Of a stretch of 64,000 nucleotides of DNA, positions 57,753 through 64,000 are shown one piece after another; the first letter of the stretch is position 1, and each line of letters opens with the position of its first letter. Below the pieces are notes generated by a model. It made no database searches, was not told where the DNA came from, and saw only the letters and a program-made list of their open reading frames with translations. A program made the translations under genes and the position numbers. The stretch is from the IMG/VR virus record IMGVR_UViG_3300022932_000017, positions 9,821-73,820 of that record, one strand, 5' to 3'. Origin of the DNA: a virus.

Positions 57753-58835
57753 ATGAAAGCAGTAATAGGCATGGGATATGGCGATGAAGGTAAGGGGCTA
57801 ACAACCTCTTACCTTTGTTCCAAAACTATAAACCCACTAGTAGTAAGGTTTAACGGAGGTCATCAGGCAGGACACACAGTAGTCTATGAAGGACAGAGGC
57901 ATATATTCTCCAATTTCGGATCTGGTAGTCTACAAGGCGTTCCTACATTATGGAGTCACTTTTGTACCTTTCATCCTAGTCACGTTCTAAACGAATACAA
58001 TGCTCTTAATAACCCTAAATTATTCGTACATGGATTATGCCCTATTACTACTCCTTACGAAATCCAAGCAGGATGCGAAAGAGAGAAAGCGGTTCAACAT
58101 GGTTCTGTAGGCTTAGGGTTCGGTGCTACCATACAAAGACAGCAAGATTATTTCAATCTATATGTACAGGATTTGCCTTTTGAAAGTATTGTGAGAGCTA
58201 AACTTCATAACATTTCTCTTTACTACGGGTTTAAATTAGATATAACACAGTTTTTAGCCGATATAAGAGAGGTTCTTGATGTGATTGATATAGTTAACTA
58301 CTACTATAACTTATTCATGCATTACAACCCTATTTTTGAAGGAGCGCAAGGCATATTGTTAGATCAGGACTTCGGTTTCTTCCCAAATGTTACAAGGAGC
58401 AATACTACAACACATAATGTTTTATCTCTTACCGAAGCAGTTGAGGTATTCTATGTAACTAGAACGTACCAAACAAGGCATGGAAATGGATTTATGACTA
58501 ATGAAGGTCTGCCATTAGAATTGGTTAATATAGAGAATGAAACTAACGTTTTAGATGAATGGCAGGGAGTATTCAGGAAATCAGTGCTAGATATTGATTT
58601 ATTGAACTATGCTTTAACATGCGACAACAATTTCTCTAAAAACTGCCAGAAGAATCTAATTATAAGTTGTGTTGACCAAACTGGATATGATTTTGATGTT
58701 ACTGTTGGAGGCAAGATTAAAAGAATTGAATTAGTAGAATTACCAACTCTGTTAAATGCCAAATTTGAAAACGTATTATTCAGTAAAGGCGATTCATTGG
58801 ATTGCATCGAGTCCTTACCTCAATTAGTGTATTAA
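57753..58835 (+). CDS. Divergent adenylosuccinate synthetase (PurA)-like ligase
   Basis: GYGDEGKG, RFNGGHQAGHTV, FEGAQGILLD, FPNVTRS, TRTYQTRHGNG. Confidence 0.9.
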   Translation: MKAVIGMGYGDEGKGLTTSYLCSKTINPLVVRFNGGHQAGHTVVYEGQRHIFSNFGSGSLQGVPTLWSHFCTFHPSHVLNEYNALNNPKLFVHGLCPITTPYEIQAGCEREKAVQHGSVGLGFGATIQRQQDYFNLYVQDLPFESIVRAKLHNISLYYGFKLDITQFLADIREVLDVIDIVNYYYNLFMHYNPIFEGAQGILLDQDFGFFPNVTRSNTTTHNVLSLTEAVEVFYVTRTYQTRHGNGFMTNEGLPLELVNIENETNVLDEWQGVFRKSVLDIDLLNYALTCDNNFSKNCQKNLIISCVDQTGYDFDVTVGGKIKRIELVELPTLLNAKFENVLFSKGDSLDCIESLPQLVY

Positions 58836-58879
58836 ACTATAACGGTAATAACAATACACACCCTAAACAAAACAAAAAC

Positions 58880-59671
58880 ATGGAAATTAAATTCACAACA
58901 GACGGACGTAAAGTCGTAGTCATCGGAAACCTAAACGCACAAGAAAAAATAGTACAGGAGGTTTTTATAGTAAACAATATTGAGGTTCCTAGCGGAGAGA
59001 ACTTCGTGGTAAAATCACTACATGACGCTCCTGCAATATCTTGGAAGGAAAGTGAAGTTAAAAAGATGGATGCTATATATGAGAAGCAAAAATTAGCTCA
59101 CGATCAGAGGATGGATGACCTCAATAAAAGATTGAGAAAAAATAGAGAGGAACTGGAATCTAAACTTTTGTATGTAGGGAAAGTTCTGAAAGAGGTGTCA
59201 GAGGACAGTTTTAATATGATAAGCGACTACTTGTGTGGACACATAAAATATGTTGTTGTAGACTCGTACAGTGCGCCTGAAATAATAGAGATAGACAAGT
59301 TCCAAGAGACAAGAGAAGATAGTTTTTACAGTGACAGAAGATTGAGGCTTATATCTATATACGGCAATGACAATGGCAGTTTAACTTTTAAACAAGGTCA
59401 GTATTCAGATGGTTCCGGTAGTGATATATGTACGTTTCATCCTTTTAAAGATTATGAGTCTGCATTGGAAAAATTTAAAGAAATCATTTTAACAAAAGCA
59501 ATCTCCGATTCTTTAATTGTTCTGGCAAAAACTCATGGAGTGACTTTAGATAGCGAGAAGCTAGAAGAATATAAAGATAATAAACGTAAAAATTATCAGA
59601 GCAATATCGAGCGTTACAGTAAAGACTTAGAAACTTTCAAAAAGGCTTTAGAAGATGTAGATTCGATTTAA
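58880..59671 (+). CDS. Conserved phage coiled-coil protein
   Basis: TTDGRKVVVIG.LN.QE.IVQEVF...EVPSGENFVVKSLHD.P. Confidence 0.75.
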   Translation: MEIKFTTDGRKVVVIGNLNAQEKIVQEVFIVNNIEVPSGENFVVKSLHDAPAISWKESEVKKMDAIYEKQKLAHDQRMDDLNKRLRKNREELESKLLYVGKVLKEVSEDSFNMISDYLCGHIKYVVVDSYSAPEIIEIDKFQETREDSFYSDRRLRLISIYGNDNGSLTFKQGQYSDGSGSDICTFHPFKDYESALEKFKEIILTKAISDSLIVLAKTHGVTLDSEKLEEYKDNKRKNYQSNIERYSKDLETFKKALEDVDSI

Positions 59672-59689
59672 ACCTAAACAAAACGAACA

Positions 59690-60184
59690 ATGAAAACAGA
59701 ACTCACACTATCTCATTTAGCTCCTTACCTTCCTTATGGATTGAGGATATATAATATAATGGACAAATCAATAGTAGAAATGTCTGTTGAAAGCGAAATC
59801 TATAAATACGAAAGAAAAACAGAGTTAAACGGCATAGCTTCCATAATGGTTGTATTGAATAGTAATACGCTTAAACCTATCCTACGTTCTTTAAGTGATT
59901 TAACAAAAGAGGAACTACGTATGATTATATCTCACATATTCAGAGACACTAAAATGATAAGACCCAAAATGGAATCTGTAAAGTACGATAATGGATTCAT
60001 TAGCTTTTACGACCTCGATACCTCACACACTTATGTTGCGGTAAAGCCCGGAAAGGACAACTTACCTGTAATGAACATGAGTAATAGCTTCGATGACTAC
60101 TCTATCTTTTTCAAGTTACACGTAGATATGATGGGGCTATTGGATGACGGAATAGCAATTAATATAAACGACTTAAACAAATAA
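59690..60184 (+). CDS. Bacteroidota phage hypothetical protein
   Basis: HLAPYLPYGL...KPILRSLSDLTKE...HVD..GL...G.AI.IN. Confidence 0.75.
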   Translation: MKTELTLSHLAPYLPYGLRIYNIMDKSIVEMSVESEIYKYERKTELNGIASIMVVLNSNTLKPILRSLSDLTKEELRMIISHIFRDTKMIRPKMESVKYDNGFISFYDLDTSHTYVAVKPGKDNLPVMNMSNSFDDYSIFFKLHVDMMGLLDDGIAININDLNK

Positions 60185-60186
60185 CC

Positions 60187-60471
60187 ATGAAAACATTTGA
60201 AACAATTTCGGCAATAGCATTAATCTCAATTGGATTAATAACCATAGTAGTTTTCATTTACTCTAAATATAAATATAAAAAAAATCTAAAGGAATTATAC
60301 GCCCTAAAACAGCGTAATGAGAAGTTATCTATGTTCCGCATATATGTTTTAACAATGTTTGGCAGAGAGGCTTATATGTCTCTTCCTTGCTATGATTACA
60401 TGCTACACGATGACAAGGAACTTACATTTGAAAACTACGTCAATGTTGACGAGTTCATAAACCTGAATTAA
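60187..60471 (+). CDS. Small membrane protein
   Basis: N-terminal transmembrane helix. Confidence 0.65.
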   Translation: MKTFETISAIALISIGLITIVVFIYSKYKYKKNLKELYALKQRNEKLSMFRIYVLTMFGREAYMSLPCYDYMLHDDKELTFENYVNVDEFINLN

Positions 60472-60472
60472 G

Positions 60473-60886
60473 ATGGATAATAAATTTAAATGGGATGACA
60501 AACCAAGAATTAAGGCTTTAAAGTTAAAAATACTAGGAATAGAATTAGCAACACGTCCTGTAATGGTAAAAGATACTAAGCCCGATAAACGCTTTTTAAG
60601 GGGATATAGATACACGGGAGTTAAAAGCCCTAAGATAACAGTGGACACAACTTTAATAGTTTCCTACACCCCTAAAATACGCTTAGGACAGACACTACAT
60701 GTAGCAGGTTTTGGACAAATGAGATGCGTGGATATGAAGCGTATGGATTTAGGTGGAGATTTACGGTTGAAGAACTGCGAATGGTTATTTCAGGACAATT
60801 ATAACCTATCATTTGCGGTGGATGAATACATAGATGTATTACCATTAGGCTTTATAGCGGGAGAATCATCAAAACAAATTAAATAA
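60473..60886 (+). CDS. Hypothetical protein
   Basis: Operon packing. Confidence 0.6.
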   Translation: MDNKFKWDDKPRIKALKLKILGIELATRPVMVKDTKPDKRFLRGYRYTGVKSPKITVDTTLIVSYTPKIRLGQTLHVAGFGQMRCVDMKRMDLGGDLRLKNCEWLFQDNYNLSFAVDEYIDVLPLGFIAGESSKQIK

Positions 60887-60892
60887 AAGAAC

Positions 60893-61216
60893 ATGCCAAT
60901 AACAACATGGCTGTCCAATCAAGAATTGGAAAACTACAGCACAGTACAAGACAAGGAATTAAACGACTTATTGCATGAAGTTAGAGAACTTATGCCAGAT
61001 GTATACATCTGCGAATACAGTGTAGTTAAAAAGCCTTTATTCGGACGAACAATACGTACAACAACATACGAGGTATTCCATAAGATGCTTGACAATACAG
61101 GAGAAGTACAGATAATGAATCTTCCCTCTAGCAATGCAGGATATGTAGCTAATTACTTGTATGGACTTATTAATGGATATCATAAATGTTTGAAATATGG
61201 AAACTCCGAAAGCTAA
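60893..61216 (+). CDS. Hypothetical protein
   Basis: Operon packing. Confidence 0.65.
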   Translation: MPITTWLSNQELENYSTVQDKELNDLLHEVRELMPDVYICEYSVVKKPLFGRTIRTTTYEVFHKMLDNTGEVQIMNLPSSNAGYVANYLYGLINGYHKCLKYGNSES

Positions 61217-61526
61217 TGAAGAAATTCCTCAATATGATGGTAAAAGACTAAGAAGTGGATTACTGGAACTAGAATGGTTGCTTGAGCAACAGGCAATAGA
61301 TAGGTTCAGACAGCAGTTCCCTAATGGCTTTCCATTTAACGAGGTTTTAAAGGACTGTAAAGGCCAAGTAGTCGGAAAGGCTATAATCACATCAACTGTA
61401 GATTTAAATTCTTCTGATAGCTTTAAAAAGATGTGGGAAGACAGCGAACATAAAGATACGTTACACAGAGTATTTGTTCCGGCATATTACCAAAATAAAA
61501 AAGACAAAAAAGATGGAGAAATTTAA
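61197..61526 (+). CDS. Small protein resembling the Walker B-to-coupling-motif segment of TerL
   Basis: YDGKRL, VVGKAIITSTV, FKKMWEDS and LHRVFVPAY are colinear with TerL YDGRRA, IGGHVSVFSTV, FRKIWDGS and LKRFFIAGY. Confidence 0.6.
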   Translation: METPKANEEIPQYDGKRLRSGLLELEWLLEQQAIDRFRQQFPNGFPFNEVLKDCKGQVVGKAIITSTVDLNSSDSFKKMWEDSEHKDTLHRVFVPAYYQNKKDKKDGEI

Positions 61527-62337
61527 AATACTTGAGACAGCCATGAGTAAATATCCTTATGGTACAAAATTTAAGACACCTAAAAGCGGACGAGAAGTAA
61601 CCTCTACAGGCTGTTTTCATATTCTTGACGATTATGAGGGAATTGATTGCGCAGATAATAGTGGAGAATTCGTTTTGCATAACGGAAAATGGGCTGAAAT
61701 AATCCCATCAGAACCAGAAAAGTCCGGACTGCTTGACTGCAAATGCGCAATACAAATCTATAACGAGAGACAATATAATTTGTTGATGCAACATTATGAA
61801 GATAAAAATTGGTGTCAAGTTGCAAATTTAGATCTGACATGGGCGAGTAGGCAAGGAGAAAGACTTGCTGGATATAATGCTATGACTTACCATGATAAGT
61901 TCTTCTCAATAATAACACCGTCAGTTGATTACAAAGTTATCCCCTTCGATGACTTCGCAAAAGAGGTAGGAATTGATTTTCCTGTTTACATTATGGATTC
62001 AAAAGATGGAGTGCCGCTTTATGAAGGTGATGGATATGTTCAGGTGTATAGTGACTCAAGATGGCATATTGAGATGGATTCCATAAATAGTGATTACAGA
62101 TTGACTTCGATAGATGCTGTAGTTACTATGCCTCACAAATACAAATCTTTCCACTCAAAAGAAGCCGCAGAGGCTTGGATAAAAGAACAGAACAGCCCAA
62201 AGGAGGTAATAGTTAAACTACATGGTGGTTACACCGTAAGGGTTGAAAAAGACAAAGCAACTTTTGCTATCAATAACTTCGGTATTACAGGAAAAGAATT
62301 GGAGGAAATCTATCAAACTTATAAATCACTAAAATGA
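61513..62337 (+). CDS. Hypothetical multidomain phage protein
   Basis: KYPYGTKF...GKWAEII; SKDGVPLYEGD; FHSKEAAEAWI. Confidence 0.7.
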   Translation: MEKFKILETAMSKYPYGTKFKTPKSGREVTSTGCFHILDDYEGIDCADNSGEFVLHNGKWAEIIPSEPEKSGLLDCKCAIQIYNERQYNLLMQHYEDKNWCQVANLDLTWASRQGERLAGYNAMTYHDKFFSIITPSVDYKVIPFDDFAKEVGIDFPVYIMDSKDGVPLYEGDGYVQVYSDSRWHIEMDSINSDYRLTSIDAVVTMPHKYKSFHSKEAAEAWIKEQNSPKEVIVKLHGGYTVRVEKDKATFAINNFGITGKELEEIYQTYKSLK

Positions 62338-62696
62338 GAAAGAACAAACAAGACATTCTCGAAGACGAAACAATAACCGTTGACCTTTCAGAATACGATG
62401 CTATATTCAAAGCAATGGATAGGTGGCACACGCAAGAATCAGCTTTACTTAAATCCTGTTATGGTACTGCGGTAGAGAACAACAATAAGCTTGCATTGGA
62501 GAATAACAGGCTAATGTCAGAGTTGACTATCTTAAAACAGAAAAATGCTGACTTATTTGATGCCGGACAAAAATTACATGGACTAATATCAAACATAAAA
62601 CACGAAACAGATTATCTACCTGACTTTTATTACGAATGGGCGGGTAAAGTTTTAAATGAAATAGACGAAATATTATCAGACGATGAACAAACCTAA
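62334..62696 (+). CDS. Hypothetical coiled-coil protein
   Basis: ATGA overlap. Confidence 0.6.
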   Translation: MRKNKQDILEDETITVDLSEYDAIFKAMDRWHTQESALLKSCYGTAVENNNKLALENNRLMSELTILKQKNADLFDAGQKLHGLISNIKHETDYLPDFYYEWAGKVLNEIDEILSDDEQT

Positions 62697-62865
62697 AGAT
62701 AGACCGATGTACCCTGCATTAGAACAACGCATCATCAAACAGGAGGCACGTATTAAGCGTTCAGGGTTATTAAACTTCATGGATTGGAACCTAACATCAC
62801 CTACGCTTTCAAGAAGCTTATACAGCCTTAAATTCAATAATAGTATAACCATTAAATAAACTGGC

Positions 62866-63048
62866 ATGAAAGAGAATAGACACGAACGCCATGACCACTA
62901 TTGGATAAAATCAGGAGGACTTTACGAATCATTTAGAAAGTCACGTGGAGATCTTGGGTATAACTTTATAAAGGAAGTTGATTTACCTGACTGCAATAAA
63001 CTAACAAAGGAACAGATTAAAGATATATTCGATGGAGAGGAAACTTAA
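62866..63048 (+). CDS. Hypothetical protein
   Basis: 60-aa ORF in the operon. Confidence 0.45.
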   Translation: MKENRHERHDHYWIKSGGLYESFRKSRGDLGYNFIKEVDLPDCNKLTKEQIKDIFDGEET

Positions 63049-63631
63049 ACTATGTTCAGGATGCCAGACCATGAAGGTAATCTGGAAAGCAAAAACAAAA
63101 GAACACGGTATGCTTTGCAAAGACTGCTACCATAAACCTAAAGTAGGTGATACATTCAAAGAAGACAAGATAAGCTATGATTCAAATGGAGTACCTTACA
63201 ATAAGGAGTTTAAAATAGTCGATATAAAGGCGTCAGAGACAACTAAGCACCAAATAAAAGCTAACAGTCCAAACGAGATACCAAGATTGCTTAGAGAAGC
63301 TGAAAAAGTGTTTAACGCATACATCAGAAAGAGAGATAGTTTTGAAGGAAGATTTATTTGTATATCATCAGGGGAAGAATTAGATGTTAAATTCATGCAA
63401 GCGGGTCATTTTTATCCTAAAACCTATTCATCACTTCGGTTTAACGAAGACAACGTTCATGGAGAAAGCACACAAGCTAATTGCATGGATATAAATCATC
63501 TTGAAGGCTACAAGATAAATCTTATCAACAAGATTGGAATAACCCGTTACAACGCCTTAAATGAGGTTAAAAACGTGATTAAGAAATGGGATAAACAAGA
63601 GCTATTGGAGATAATTAAAAAATATAAATAA
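63032..63631 (+). CDS. NinG/Rap-like recombination endonuclease
   Basis: VFNAYIRKRD...CISSG...QAGHF...LRFNEDNVH...YKINLINKIG. Confidence 0.85.
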   Translation: MERKLKLCSGCQTMKVIWKAKTKEHGMLCKDCYHKPKVGDTFKEDKISYDSNGVPYNKEFKIVDIKASETTKHQIKANSPNEIPRLLREAEKVFNAYIRKRDSFEGRFICISSGEELDVKFMQAGHFYPKTYSSLRFNEDNVHGESTQANCMDINHLEGYKINLINKIGITRYNALNEVKNVIKKWDKQELLEIIKKYK

Positions 63632-64000
63632 TGGAAATTAAAATAATAGAACCAAGACCAGGCAAACGTATTGCTGCCATTGAAGTGCCGGAAGGCGTAA
63701 GAAAATTCAAGATTATTCGATATCCTTTATCTGGCAAGTGGCTATCATCTGACACAGGCGCTTTTAATGAATGGAAAGTCTTACTAGCAAAAACTACTGA
63801 GACAACAACATTTAAAATACTAGGATTTTCTAACGAGCTGAACGAAGAACAATGTGGGGATCTTATGCATGTATTCGATAACAAAGAATCCTTCGCCTCC
63901 TTTATGCTTGCTAATGGGCTTGTAGATAGGAATCCTTTTGGGGACAATCAGCCTTATGTATCAATTTTCGACACCCACTTAGATTCAGCATGTAACGTAA
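63631..64000 (+). CDS. Hypothetical protein, partial (runs off the window)
   Basis: MEIKIIEPRPG... open to the window end; TAATG coupling to the NinG-like gene. Confidence 0.6.
   Translation, partial: MEIKIIEPRPGKRIAAIEVPEGVRKFKIIRYPLSGKWLSSDTGAFNEWKVLLAKTTETTTFKILGFSNELNEEQCGDLMHVFDNKESFASFMLANGLVDRNPFGDNQPYVSIFDTHLDSACNV

Noticed and set aside
57753-58835. PurZ / 2-aminoadenine (Z) genome pathway
   Set aside because: The catalytic Asp is retained (GDEGKG) where PurZ has Ser; no dATPase, MazZ or phage polymerase was recognised in the window

Overview
A 64-kb segment of a tailed dsDNA phage of Bacteroidota. Host evidence: at least 10 TAnnTTTG -7 promoter boxes directly upstream of genes, A-rich start contexts without a Shine-Dalgarno sequence, and Gln-cleavage-type signal peptides. 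Two divergent halves meet at a ~1.1-kb non-coding region (44.0-45.1 kb). The minus strand (1-44 kb) carries a crAss-like/podovirus-type virion module: TerL, portal, scaffold, MCP, ring proteins, a split nozzle, three probable ejected proteins and fibre/spike genes. It is preceded by a lambdoid-type replication block: an HTH initiator with internal iterons, a DnaB-like helicase, HNH, NinB-like, RepL-like and a DNA methyltransferase. The plus strand (45-64 kb) carries small early/accessory genes, a Rad52/Sak annealase, RuvC-like and NinG-like nucleases, and a three-gene J-domain-pseudokinase / vWA / divergent PurA-like operon behind a pseudoknot-type leader. No integrase, DNA polymerase, RNA polymerase, tRNA or CRISPR array was recognised. 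Most notable oddities: the PurA-like operon; a 109-aa miniature of the terminase ATPase core; a LAGLIDADG domain inserted in frame in the MTase with no intein or intron; a G9 tract that splits the giant ejected protein, which carries ParB-like and FtsK-gamma domains; and two sequence-unrelated leaders with the same interleaved inverted-repeat topology. All family calls come from motif recognition by eye, not database searches.
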